A DNA stretch of 64,000 nt. Origin: Solirubrobacterales bacterium (GTDB lineage Bacteria; Actinomycetota; Thermoleophilia; Solirubrobacterales; 70-9). The notes under the pieces are model-generated. The model saw only the letters and a list, made by a program, of their open reading frames with translations. It searched no databases and was not told where the DNA came from. The position numbers and the translations under genes were made by a program. This document shows positions 35,259-44,342 of this stretch, piece after piece. The number at the start of each line of letters is the position of its first letter. The stretch's first letter is position 1. Location of the stretch: the NCBI GenBank assembly GCA_036780865.1, contig DAIQCC010000001.1, positions 60,446 through 124,445 on the forward strand. Reading direction: 5' to 3'.

Positions 35259-35332
35259 GGGACTGCGGCTGAGGATATTCCCCGGCTTCCATGCGCGGTC
35301 CGGGTTGACGACCGCCCATAAGATTCGATCCG

Positions 35333-36862
35333 ATGTCTGGCACGACCGCCTGGGTGCTGGGGGACCAGCTCTCGCACGAAAGCCCGGTACTTGAGGGCGC
35401 CCGCCGGATCCTCCTGGTCGAGTCAGAAGCAGCATTGGCCAGACTCGGGTTTCACCGCCAGAAGCTTCACCTGGTCCTCGTCGCGATGCGAAGCTTCGCG
35501 AGCGAGCTCGAGGAGCGGGGTTTCGAGGTTGACCTGCGCCGGGCTCCGAGCCTGGCCGACGGGCTGAGAGGCCACCTCGGGAACTTCGATCCGGAGGAGG
35601 TTCTTCTGCTCGAACCCCACACCCTCGGAGCCGGTCGCCGATTGGGGGCGCTCTCGGAGAAGGTCCGCGTGGTTGAGGGAGGGCTCTTCCTGACCGCTCC
35701 CGCCGACTTCTCCAACTGGGCGGAGGGTCGCAAGCAGCTGCGGATGGAGGACTTCTACCGGTCCCAGAGGAAGCGCTTCTCCCTGCTGATGGATGGTGAC
35801 GGGCCAGAGGGTGGCCAGTGGAACTTCGACGCGGAGAACCGCCAGACTCCCGAGTCCGGGACCGGCATTCCCCGGCCCTACCGGCCGCGGGAAAGCAGCG
35901 TCGACGAGGCCGTGCGAAGCGACCTCGACAAGCTGGCGGCTGGCCTTCCGATGAGCGGGGTCGACGGCCCGCGGATCTTCCCGGCCACCCGCGCCGAGGC
36001 TCTCCGTGCACTCGATTCATTCATCCGGAGTCGACTGGCCGATTTCGGTCCCTTCCAGGACGCGATGATCGCCGGAGAGCGGTTTCTGTGGCACTCGCTG
36101 ATCTCGACCTCGCTGAACCTCGGTCTGCTCGGCCCCCTCGAATGTGCCCGCGCCGCCGAACGTGCCTACCGCGAAGGCAGGGCGCCGATCTCCTCGGTCG
36201 AGGGCTTCATCCGCCAGGTGATCGGCTGGCGCGAGTACGTCTGGGGGGTTTACCGGCTGCGAGGATCGGACCTCAAGAACGAGAACGCGCTTGGAGCCGA
36301 TCGCGCCGTGCCGGTCTCGATCGCCAACCTGGACCCTGAGGCGACGGAGATGGCCTGCCTGTCGGATGTGATCGCGGGGGTCCGTGACACTGGCTACGCC
36401 CATCACATCGAGCGCCTGATGGTGCTCGGCAACATGATGCTCCTGCTGGGGGTGGAACCGCAGTCCGCGACCGACTGGTTTCACCGGTCGTTCGTAGACG
36501 GCTACGAGTGGGTGATGGTGCCAAACGTCTCCGGCATGGCGCTATGGGCGGACGGCGGCCGGATGATGTCCAAGCCCTACGCGGCTTCGGGCCGCTATAT
36601 CGACCGAATGTCGGATCACTGTGGCCGTTGCCGGTTCAGCCCGAAGGACCGAAGTTCGGAGGATGCCTGCCCGTTCACGGTGCTCTACTGGGACTTCCTC
36701 GCCCGAAACCGGAAGCGGCTTTCAACGAATCACCGCATGAAGATGTCGATCGCCAACCTCGACCGGATCGACGGTGAAGAACTCCGCGGAATCCGTCGCC
36801 GGGCAGCCGCGTTGAGAGGCGGACCGCAAGACTCCGGAAGCATTTCCGGAACGTCCCCGTAA
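35333..36862 (+). CDS. cryptochrome/photolyase family protein, FeS-BCP (PhrB/CryB, COG3046) type
   Basis: N-terminal WVLGDQL...HRQKLHLVLVAMR pattern. Four Cys are spaced as in the 4Fe-4S ligands of this family (MACLSD ... HCGRC ... DACPF). Confidence 0.8.
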   Translation: MSGTTAWVLGDQLSHESPVLEGARRILLVESEAALARLGFHRQKLHLVLVAMRSFASELEERGFEVDLRRAPSLADGLRGHLGNFDPEEVLLLEPHTLGAGRRLGALSEKVRVVEGGLFLTAPADFSNWAEGRKQLRMEDFYRSQRKRFSLLMDGDGPEGGQWNFDAENRQTPESGTGIPRPYRPRESSVDEAVRSDLDKLAAGLPMSGVDGPRIFPATRAEALRALDSFIRSRLADFGPFQDAMIAGERFLWHSLISTSLNLGLLGPLECARAAERAYREGRAPISSVEGFIRQVIGWREYVWGVYRLRGSDLKNENALGADRAVPVSIANLDPEATEMACLSDVIAGVRDTGYAHHIERLMVLGNMMLLLGVEPQSATDWFHRSFVDGYEWVMVPNVSGMALWADGGRMMSKPYAASGRYIDRMSDHCGRCRFSPKDRSSEDACPFTVLYWDFLARNRKRLSTNHRMKMSIANLDRIDGEELRGIRRRAAALRGGPQDSGSISGTSP

Positions 36863-36884
36863 CGAAATTGCTTACTCTTGTGTC

Positions 36885-37490
36885 ATGGCTGCGGAAGCAG
36901 ACAGACCAGGGCGCCCGCGCGACGCGGGGATCGACCGGGCGATTCTCGTCGCCACCCGGGACCAGCTCGCGAGCCGCGGCTACGAGGGAATGTCGGTCGC
37001 AGTCATCGCCAAGGAAGCCGGCACCACCCGGCCGGCCATCTACCGGCGCTGGAGCAGCAAGGCCGAGCTTGCGGTTGCGGCAATCGCCGACATGTCGACC
37101 GCGCACCAGCGCCAGGAGACTGACGATCCGCGAGCCGACCTGATCGAGGAGCTGGCGGCATTCCGCCGCGGGGTCCTTCGGCCCAACGGGCTGGGCATGA
37201 TCGGCGCGATGTTCCAGGCCACCACCGACGAACAACTCGTCACCGAGTTCCGCGAATGCATCGTCCTACCTCGGCGAACCCGGATCCGTCGCATCCTCGA
37301 CCGCGCCAGCGAGGCGGGGATGCTTGCCCCCGACGCCGACCTCGATTACGCGGTGGCGGCGTGCACGGGGATCCTCTACGCGCTGGTTCTGGCTGAGCGG
37401 CCGATCGGCAGGGACTGGGCCGAGCGCACTGCCGACTTCGTCTGGCGCGGCGCCGGTGGATCGACCGGTCAGGAACCCGGGCCCGCCTGA
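36885..37490 (+). CDS. TetR/AcrR family transcriptional regulator
   Basis: HTH block YEGMSVAVIAKEAGTTRPAIYRRWSSKAEL. Confidence 0.85.
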   Translation: MAAEADRPGRPRDAGIDRAILVATRDQLASRGYEGMSVAVIAKEAGTTRPAIYRRWSSKAELAVAAIADMSTAHQRQETDDPRADLIEELAAFRRGVLRPNGLGMIGAMFQATTDEQLVTEFRECIVLPRRTRIRRILDRASEAGMLAPDADLDYAVAACTGILYALVLAERPIGRDWAERTADFVWRGAGGSTGQEPGPA

Positions 37491-37497
37491 GCTCCAG

Positions 37498-38418
37498 CTA
37501 CCAGAGGTATCCGCTCTGCGCGACCGCGGGTGGCGGCACCTCGAGTCCACCGACCGTGGAGGCAACATCCCGTTCCAGCTCGGTGCAGACCGCCTCGACC
37601 GGAACGTCGGTCACCTTGCCGGTGAAGGGCTCGTCGTTCGCCGCTCCCGTCACCGACATCACGATGAAGATGCCGCTGATCGAGATCGCCAGAGGCAGGA
37701 TCAGCCAGACCGGGTCGGGGGCGAGCGAGATGATGCCGAAGGGGGTCTGCGCTGCGAGCAGTTGAACCCCGCGCCGGTTCAGGTAGTCGTACTGCCGTTG
37801 GGGGGGGGTGGCGGCGATCCGCTCGACGACCCCCTGGGCGTTGTTCAGGGCGACGAGCTGCGGCTCCAGGGAAATCGGGTCGAACTGGCCCAGCGCACCG
37901 ACCCGGATTCCTTCCTTGATGTGCCTGGCAAGTTCGACGAGTGTCGCCGCGGGCGGGTTGACCGCGGCCGCCACCGACTGGTCTCCGGCCAGATAGCCCT
38001 GGCTCACCTTCCGGCCCGGTCGAAGCTTGGCGGCAAGCAGCCAGCCAAAGGAGATCAGCAACTGCCCGGTGCGCCGGCGGAAGGCGTCCGCCTGCTCCTG
38101 ATCGATCGCGTCTGAGTTCACGCCGTTGCCGGTCGAGGCGACGACCTGCCTGGCCAGGATCCGCGAGGCGACCAGAACGGACTGCATCGCGGTCCGGGCT
38201 TCGCTCCAGCGGGCGAATGCCGTGTTGTTGCGGAAGGCGATGAAGATCGCCAGCGCGGCGGTCAGGGTGCCGACCACGGGGAAGGGGATTCCGGTCCAGG
38301 TGTCGAGAAGCGTGTAGGCACCAACCACCGCGACCGCCGACCAGCTGATTGCCCAGACCATCGGCCTGGCTGTGTAACGGGCAACCTGAACCGGGCTCAG
38401 GTTGCGCTTCGCGATCAA
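37498..38418 (-). CDS. bestrophin/UPF0187 (YneE) family anion channel
   Basis: FRNNTAFARWSEAR signature and 4 TM segments. Confidence 0.75.
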   Translation of the reverse strand: MIAKRNLSPVQVARYTARPMVWAISWSAVAVVGAYTLLDTWTGIPFPVVGTLTAALAIFIAFRNNTAFARWSEARTAMQSVLVASRILARQVVASTGNGVNSDAIDQEQADAFRRRTGQLLISFGWLLAAKLRPGRKVSQGYLAGDQSVAAAVNPPAATLVELARHIKEGIRVGALGQFDPISLEPQLVALNNAQGVVERIAATPPQRQYDYLNRRGVQLLAAQTPFGIISLAPDPVWLILPLAISISGIFIVMSVTGAANDEPFTGKVTDVPVEAVCTELERDVASTVGGLEVPPPAVAQSGYLW

Positions 38419-39047
38419 GCGGCGCCCTCCGGCAGGTCCCGGCTCTTCGCGACCAGAACCGTCCCGCGGCCTCGATTGCCGGCGATCGCGACCAGGCCCC
38501 AGTAGCGGGCGGCCTCTTCCATGACGGCGGCGGCCTCGAGTCCCCCCACGTCAACCGCGTCGAAGCCGAGCGTCTCGGCCAGCGCGACCACCTGGTCCCG
38601 GACCTCGGGATCGTCGGCGGCCACCGGCAGGAGCGGGCGGGAGCCGTCGGGCAGCTCCGGTGCCGCCATGTGCTCGGCGCCAAGCACGTTGAAGGCCTTG
38701 GCCACCTTCGCGTCCTCGCCGACCAGTCTCGACACCAGCGAGGCGCCCGAGAGGGCGCCATCCGGCAGCGGCATGCCGAAGGGGTTGGTTGCGTCGATGA
38801 CCACGCAGCCTGGCGGCAGGTTCAGGGTCGGCACCGCCTCCGGAAGGACTCCGAACGGCAGTGCGAGCAGGACGGCCTCGCCTTCATCGACGGAATCCTC
38901 GAGATGGCCGACCCCGGCGCCTTCGGGCACCGATGCTTCGTCGGGTCGGCGCACCAGGTAACGGACCCCGATGCCGTGGCCGATCATGTTGGTGCCGAGC
39001 GCGCGACCCACGCGCCCGGCACCGATGATCGTGACTCTGGTGGTCAT
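38415..39047 (-). CDS. NAD(P)-binding oxidoreductase (F420-dependent NADP reductase-like fold)
   Basis: VTIIGAGRVGRALG Rossmann motif at the N-terminus. ATGA-type overlaps with both neighbours. Confidence 0.6.
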   Translation of the reverse strand: MTTRVTIIGAGRVGRALGTNMIGHGIGVRYLVRRPDEASVPEGAGVGHLEDSVDEGEAVLLALPFGVLPEAVPTLNLPPGCVVIDATNPFGMPLPDGALSGASLVSRLVGEDAKVAKAFNVLGAEHMAAPELPDGSRPLLPVAADDPEVRDQVVALAETLGFDAVDVGGLEAAAVMEEAARYWGLVAIAGNRGRGTVLVAKSRDLPEGAA

Positions 39048-39802
39048 CGACCCAGCGCTTCCACGACCAGCCTTGCGGCGGCCGTGCCCGAGTACTGCTG
39101 CTGGCCGGTGATCAGGTTGCCGTCGCGAACCGCATGGGGCCGGAACCGCCCCTGGACGATGAAGTTGGTGTCTTCGATCTTTGCCGCTTCGTCCTCGATC
39201 CAGAAGGGCTGGATGCGCTGGCCCACGAACTCGTCGGCGTACGCTTCCTCGCTGTTTGCGAACCCGGTCCAGGTCCGGTTCCGGACGACCAGCTCGCCGT
39301 CAGGTGTCTTCGCGTCAAGCAGCACGCATGTTGCGTGGCAGACGACGGCCACGATCTTGTCTGCTTCGATCGCCTGCCCGACCAGATCCTTGACCCGCTG
39401 GTCGTTGCGGAAGGTGTACATCGGGGCCTGGCCGCCGACGAGGAACAGGGCGTCGAAGCCGGAGAGGTCGATCTCGGCGAGTGAGGGGGTCGCTTCGACC
39501 ATCGCCCGGTGCGCTTCGCTGGCGATGAAACCGCGACTGATCAGGTCGTCAGCCGAGTAGCCGGACTCGTCGCCAGGGTCCGAGAACGAGTCAGCCTGCA
39601 GAGCGCCACCGTCGGGACTTGCCACGGTGACCTCGTATCCCGCTTCGGTGAACTCCCAGTAGGGGTGGGTGAGTTCCGCCCACCAGAAGCCGATCGGCCA
39701 TCCGGTCTGGTCGGAGACGCCCGGGTTGGAAACCACCATGAGCACCCGCTTCGGCGCTCCCGTCACATCGATGCTTGCCGACAAAACATCCTCCTGATTC
39801 AT
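39044..39802 (-). CDS. DJ-1/PfpI (class I glutamine amidotransferase-like) family protein
   Basis: RVLMVVSN.., nucleophile-elbow AVVCHATCVLL and LITGQQ blocks. Confidence 0.75.
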   Translation of the reverse strand: MNQEDVLSASIDVTGAPKRVLMVVSNPGVSDQTGWPIGFWWAELTHPYWEFTEAGYEVTVASPDGGALQADSFSDPGDESGYSADDLISRGFIASEAHRAMVEATPSLAEIDLSGFDALFLVGGQAPMYTFRNDQRVKDLVGQAIEADKIVAVVCHATCVLLDAKTPDGELVVRNRTWTGFANSEEAYADEFVGQRIQPFWIEDEAAKIEDTNFIVQGRFRPHAVRDGNLITGQQQYSGTAAARLVVEALGR

Positions 39803-39894
39803 TTCGATACGGACTCGTATTGAAAACCTATCAGGCAGCTCGTCCCGGCCTCCGTTTCTTGGCTTGCCGGAAAGGTGCTGCGATAATCAAATTC

Positions 39895-40500
39895 ATGGTG
39901 GGGGTCTCGAGGAAATGGATCTCGCTGGCAGCCGTGCTGCTGGCTGCCTGCCTCTGCGCCCCGGCCCCTTCTTCGGCGGCACCGGATGATCCGGCCGCCC
40001 AGAGCAGCCGGGCCAAGCTGAAGAGGCACGAGTCCAGGTACTGGATCTGGTACTCGCCGAGAGGCTGGGTTGCGGCGCGGGGCGCGGCGGGCATAGTCGT
40101 CAGTTCCCCCGACAGCGGCCGCAAGTCGGCGGGCGTGGGCTTCTCCGGGTCGGGCTATCCCGTGACCCACACCTTCGTCTTCAATTACCTGAAGGCTTCC
40201 GGGGGTCTGGATTCACACCCCCTCCGCAACGTCCGGGTGATCAGCAGGAGCCGGAAGATCGGTTTCAGCGGCGGTTCGCGTCGGGTCTACATCTGGACCG
40301 CCCGCCGGACGGACCTCGGCGGGAAGGTGCGCGGCAAGCTGAAGATCGATGTCTTCACCTCCGCGGGCTACGGCTTCATGGTCGCCGGCATCAACGCCCC
40401 GAACGCTTCCTGGCGAAGGGATTTCAAACTCCTCAACCGGATCGCCGGCACCATCTTCTACCGCCCCCAGGCAATCGACCCCTGGGACCCCCCGGGCTGA
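39895..40500 (+). CDS. secreted hypothetical protein
   Basis: Start moved to ATG 39895, giving a signal peptide (LLAACLCAPAPSSAA). No family recognised. Confidence 0.5.
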   Translation: MVGVSRKWISLAAVLLAACLCAPAPSSAAPDDPAAQSSRAKLKRHESRYWIWYSPRGWVAARGAAGIVVSSPDSGRKSAGVGFSGSGYPVTHTFVFNYLKASGGLDSHPLRNVRVISRSRKIGFSGGSRRVYIWTARRTDLGGKVRGKLKIDVFTSAGYGFMVAGINAPNASWRRDFKLLNRIAGTIFYRPQAIDPWDPPG

Positions 40501-40606
40501 GCCGATCCTGAGCAAGCTTCCGCGGAGACGGGACTGAGAATTCCCGGATTTCGCGCGATTCGAGAATAGAATTGGCCAGGCCCGGAATCAAGAAAGAAAG
40601 GTCGAG

Positions 40607-41056
40607 ATGAAGAAGGCGGCGCTCGTAGTTCTTTCGCTGGCGGTTTTCGCCGTGAACCCAGTGCCTTCCGCTGCGCAGGCTGGTGGACCTACCGTGACGG
40701 TTCGCGCGGTGAAACCAGAAGTTGTCTGCATGAACTACAGATATGGGTTCTTCTTCTTCAAGGCACGTCCGGCGAACTGTGACTTTCCCGATCGTTTCGC
40801 GGAGCCCGGGGGAAGTAGCTGGAGCCTCTTCCCGACCCGAAGCGTTCGATGGCCCCATTGGGGGTATCGAACAGCCCTAGGGCGCGGTAAGGCATTCATG
40901 CGAGGCGTGGGGTGGAGGCCGGCACGCGTAAAGCTCCTCAGGCCTCGAGTTGTTTGCGGCACCAAAGTATTCACGAGGCTAAGAGCCAAGATTGATGTTC
41001 CAGGTAGCGGCTGGTCAGGTTGGGGTCGAAAAGTGGCACTCAAGACCTGCCCTTGA
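40607..41056 (+). CDS. secreted hypothetical protein with atypical codon usage
   Basis: Signal peptide (AVNPVPSAAQA), four Cys, and Trp/Arg-rich. Many A/T-ending codons, unlike the neighbouring genes. Confidence 0.45.
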   Translation: MKKAALVVLSLAVFAVNPVPSAAQAGGPTVTVRAVKPEVVCMNYRYGFFFFKARPANCDFPDRFAEPGGSSWSLFPTRSVRWPHWGYRTALGRGKAFMRGVGWRPARVKLLRPRVVCGTKVFTRLRAKIDVPGSGWSGWGRKVALKTCP

Positions 41057-41153
41057 GAGAAATCGGTTTGCTCAAGTCTTCTGTTGATCCCCGCCTATTC
41101 GAGAAGATGTCGAATTCCGCGAGAACGGCATATCAACAGCAGCGAGCGCCTGA

Positions 41154-41226
41154 AGCCGACGAGCGGAATCGAACCGCTGACCCCTTCATTACGAGTGAAG
41201 TGCTCTACCAACTGAGCTACGTCGGC
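41154..41226 (-). tRNA. tRNA-Thr (anticodon CGT)
   Basis: Hand-folded cloverleaf: acceptor GCCGACG/CGTCGGC, D-arm GCTC/GAGC, anticodon stem CTTCA/TGAAG with loop CTCGTAA, T-arm AGCGG/CCGCT with TTCGATT. No encoded CCA. Confidence 0.9.
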
Positions 41227-41309
41227 GCTGGAGGGGCATTGTAAGTGGTGATGGGCCGGGTGGATTTCCGCCCGCCCCGATCGTCCGGGGGTGGTGGGAG
41301 AATCGGCCC

Positions 41310-41999
41310 GTGAGCGTGGATCCCGGTTCCGAGGATGAACTTCCGACCCTTGAGAGGGGCAAGGACCTCTCCCGGATATTCGCCTTCACGGACGGCGTCT
41401 TCGCGATCGCGATCACCCTGCTGGTCCTGCAGATCGAAGTTCCGGCCGGCCTGGGCTCGAACAGCGACTTCCTCGACCAGCTGGGGGACATGTGGCCGGA
41501 CCTGCTCGCCTTCGCGATCAGCTTCGCCGTGATCGGCGGCTACTGGGTGCGCAACCACCGGCTGATGAGGATGGTGCGCGAATACGACCACGGGCTGATG
41601 GGCCTGACCATGCTCTACCTGTTCTGGGTCGTGCTGATTCCGTTCTCGAGCCAGTTGATTGGCGAGTATGGGAGCGAGTTCTCTCTGAGCGTAATCGTCT
41701 ACTCCCTCAACCTCGCCCTGATCGGACTCTCGATGGGGCTGATGATTCGCCTGATCATCAGGCATCGGCTCGCTGATCCGCGATACCAGTGGGATCTTGA
41801 GCTCAGTCTCCGCTCAACCCTGTTCACCGCCGCGGTTTTTGCCGCGACAGCGCCGTTCGCTTTCCTGATCGGCCCCTGGGTCCCCCTCACGTGGGTGTTG
41901 CTCATGCGCCTCGACCCCTGGGAGCGAAAGCGAAACGCGACCTACGCTTCAGGTGGCAAGCCGGGGCCCGAGGCAGACCCTGGGCCTGACGGCGAATAA
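41310..41999 (+). CDS. TMEM175/DUF1211 family potassium channel
   Basis: RIFAFTDGVFAIAITLLVL signature helix and 6 TM segments. GTG start. Confidence 0.8.
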   Translation: MSVDPGSEDELPTLERGKDLSRIFAFTDGVFAIAITLLVLQIEVPAGLGSNSDFLDQLGDMWPDLLAFAISFAVIGGYWVRNHRLMRMVREYDHGLMGLTMLYLFWVVLIPFSSQLIGEYGSEFSLSVIVYSLNLALIGLSMGLMIRLIIRHRLADPRYQWDLELSLRSTLFTAAVFAATAPFAFLIGPWVPLTWVLLMRLDPWERKRNATYASGGKPGPEADPGPDGE

Positions 42000-42051
42000 G
42001 GCCAGCCTCCGATCCGGAACTCAGCCAGGACCGGCTCAGCCGTGACGGAAC

Positions 42052-42615
42052 TCAGCCCGAGCCGAGGCGGGCAGGGGCGAGGCAGTTCACGACCCCCTGC
42101 CAGGGCAGGGTGCCGCCGTTGCCGTCCACGTTCACGTTGGTGACCGTGACCCACCAGGTGTTCGGGGTGTACTTGCGGGTCAGCGGGTGGTTGGGGGAGG
42201 AAGAGGAGACAAGCAGGTTTATGTATTTCGAGAGAACCCCGCCGGAGATCGCCTTCGCCCCGACCGGGCACTTGATCCCGACGAACGTGCCCTTGCCTTC
42301 CTCAGTCAGGATCTCCTGATTGGTGATGCGCGAAGTGATCGTGATTCGGCGGACCGCCGAACGGTTTCGCTGGCGGCTCTTGCCCGACCGGGAAGCGATC
42401 GCGCCCGAACTGGCCAGCCCCTGGGCACCTGCCACCTGAAGCGAGGTGGCAGGCCGGGTTTCGGGGACGAGCACCGGCGCGGGGCCGGGACTGCTGTTCA
42501 GGCCGTCACCGACCACGGGGGCGGCAACGAAGAGCAGCATGCCGGCGACAACCGCGCCGCAGCCAGCGGCCCAGCGTCTCCTCCGCCTGGAGGAATCTCC
42601 CTTGCTCCCGGCCAT
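42052..42615 (-). CDS. secreted hypothetical protein
   Basis: Arg-rich n-region (SSRRRRRWAAG) plus a hydrophobic helix, then a beta-rich C-terminal domain. No family recognised. Confidence 0.5.
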   Translation of the reverse strand: MAGSKGDSSRRRRRWAAGCGAVVAGMLLFVAAPVVGDGLNSSPGPAPVLVPETRPATSLQVAGAQGLASSGAIASRSGKSRQRNRSAVRRITITSRITNQEILTEEGKGTFVGIKCPVGAKAISGGVLSKYINLLVSSSSPNHPLTRKYTPNTWWVTVTNVNVDGNGGTLPWQGVVNCLAPARLGSG

Positions 42616-42674
42616 GGCGACATTCTCGCAGGCGGAAGGAGATCGTCAAGTCACCCGGCGACTTCGCCCCGAGT

Positions 42675-43418
42675 TCACCCGGCCGGACCGAGCCCGGCCA
42701 GCTCCCGCGCGCGGGCGAAGACCTCGTCAAGCATCTCCGCGCTGAGGCGCCCGGTCTGCGTGTTCAGCGGACTCGGGTGAAAGCAGCCGAGCAGAATCCA
42801 TTGGTCTGGACCAGTCCACCCCTCGCTCCGGGGTGCCCCGAGGGTCACCTCGGCCTGATGGCCGAAGCGTGGCTTGGGCCGCGGCACCTCGCCGCCGAGC
42901 CCCCGGACGGTTCGCAGCATCGCCTCCCAGGCGAAGTTGCCCAGGGCGACGACCACCTTCACCTCGGTCAGGAGAGCGAGTTCGCCCTTCAGCCAGGGCG
43001 CGCAGTTGTCCCGCTCGGACGGGCTCGGCTTGTTCTCGGGTGGGGCGCAACGGACCGCTGCGTTGACGAAGGTGTCGTAAAGCTCGAGTCCGTCTTCGCG
43101 GTTGACGCTCTCGGGCTGGTTCGACAGCCCTGCCCGGTTGATCGCGGCGAACAGCCAGTCGCCGGATCGGTCGCCCGTGAACGGCCGGCCGGTCCGGTTG
43201 CCTCCGTTCGCGGCCGGGGCCAGTCCATGAACCAGGATCCGGGCCCGGGGATCGCCGAAGCCCGGCACCGGTCGCGCCCAGTAATCCTCGCCACGGTGGC
43301 GTTTGGGCGGGTCGGCCGCCACCGCCTCGCGCCAGGCGACCAGGCGCGGGCAGCGCCGACACTTGGTGATCGACTGCTCGAGTGCATCCAGTTGCCGGTC
43401 TGCGTCAGTACTACCCAT
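42675..43418 (-). CDS. uracil-DNA glycosylase, family 4/5 (UdgB-like)
   Basis: CRRCPRL Fe-S Cys motif and GLAPAANGGNRTGRPFTGD (family-5-like motif A, from memory). HPSPLN motif B. Start set at ATG 43418. Confidence 0.8.
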   Translation of the reverse strand: MGSTDADRQLDALEQSITKCRRCPRLVAWREAVAADPPKRHRGEDYWARPVPGFGDPRARILVHGLAPAANGGNRTGRPFTGDRSGDWLFAAINRAGLSNQPESVNREDGLELYDTFVNAAVRCAPPENKPSPSERDNCAPWLKGELALLTEVKVVVALGNFAWEAMLRTVRGLGGEVPRPKPRFGHQAEVTLGAPRSEGWTGPDQWILLGCFHPSPLNTQTGRLSAEMLDEVFARARELAGLGPAG

Positions 43419-43441
43419 GGCCCGTACACTAGGAGTTGCGA

Positions 43442-43687
43442 ATGGCTTTCCTGCCGAACATAGGCCCGCTCGAGCTGGCAATCGTGCTGGTCATCGTGAT
43501 CATCATCCTTGGTCCCAAGCGGATTCCGGCCGCCGCGAAGTCGGTCGGTCAGGGCATGCGGAACTTCAAGAACTCGCTGGGCGGGGGCGATGACGACGAG
43601 GACAAGTACGAGAAGTCCAAGTCCGAGCTCGAAGCCGAGGCCGGGACCAAGGCCGGCGAGCAGACCAAGACCAAGACCGGGGCCTGA
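43442..43687 (+). CDS. tatA: twin-arginine translocase subunit TatA/E
   Basis: MAFLPNIGPLELAIVLVIVIIILGPKRIP with an amphipathic, acidic tail. AGGAG lies 6 nt upstream of ATG 43442. Confidence 0.85.
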   Translation: MAFLPNIGPLELAIVLVIVIIILGPKRIPAAAKSVGQGMRNFKNSLGGGDDDEDKYEKSKSELEAEAGTKAGEQTKTKTGA

Positions 43688-43709
43688 ACGGCGCCAGCGG
43701 GCCGAGCCG

Positions 43710-44321
43710 GTGGTACCGCTCAATCTCCCCAACGTTCTCACCCTGCTCCGCATCCTCGCGGTGCCGGTGGTCGTCGTAGCGCTGCTCGACGGCACCCCTC
43801 ACGGGGACACGCTCGCGGCGATCGTCTTTGCCCTCGCCGCCCTGACCGACGGGCTCGACGGTTACATCGCCCGTTCGCGGGACTCAGTCACGACCTTCGG
43901 CAAGCTGATGGATCCGCTGGCCGACAAGCTGCTGATCACTGCTGCCCTGATCTCGCTGGTCTCACTGAACCGCCTGCCGGCCTGGGTTGCGATGGTGATC
44001 ATCGCCCGGGAGTTCGCGGTCACGGGACTCCGTTCGATCGCCGCCGACCGGGGCGTGGTGATTGCCGCCAGCTGGATGGGCAAGGTGAAGACAGTGCTCC
44101 AGATCGGGGCCGTGTTCGCCCTGATCATTTTCAACCCGGCACCACTCTGGGCCGACATTCTCGTCTACCTGGCGCTTGCCGCAACCGTGATCAGCGGCTT
44201 CGACTACTTCTTCGGCCTCCGCAAGCGGATCGAGGAGCAGCGGCTCAAGGAGAAGGCTCACCGCGACGAGCGGCGGGCCGACGATTCGGCCGAGATCGAC
44301 CTGATCAGCGAAAACCGCTGA
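43710..44321 (+). CDS. pgsA: CDP-diacylglycerol--glycerol-3-phosphate 3-phosphatidyltransferase
   Basis: CDP-alcohol phosphotransferase motif DGLDGYIAR..G..DPLADK. GTG 43710 chosen as start. Confidence 0.85.
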   Translation: MVPLNLPNVLTLLRILAVPVVVVALLDGTPHGDTLAAIVFALAALTDGLDGYIARSRDSVTTFGKLMDPLADKLLITAALISLVSLNRLPAWVAMVIIAREFAVTGLRSIAADRGVVIAASWMGKVKTVLQIGAVFALIIFNPAPLWADILVYLALAATVISGFDYFFGLRKRIEEQRLKEKAHRDERRADDSAEIDLISENR

Positions 44322-44342
44322 CCAGCCGGCTCGCGCCGGAAA

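Noticed and set aside
35259-36020. Upstream 254 codons of the 397-aa minus-strand ORF
   Set aside because: Arg/Pro/Gly/Ser-rich and antisense to the photolyase gene. Only the hydrophobic C-terminal 143 codons look real.
37324-39560. ORFs 37324-38115 (+), 37469-38761 (-) and 38349-39560 (+)
   Set aside because: They are out of frame with or antisense to the bestrophin, oxidoreductase and DJ-1/PfpI genes. Their products are Arg/Pro/Gly-rich with no motifs.
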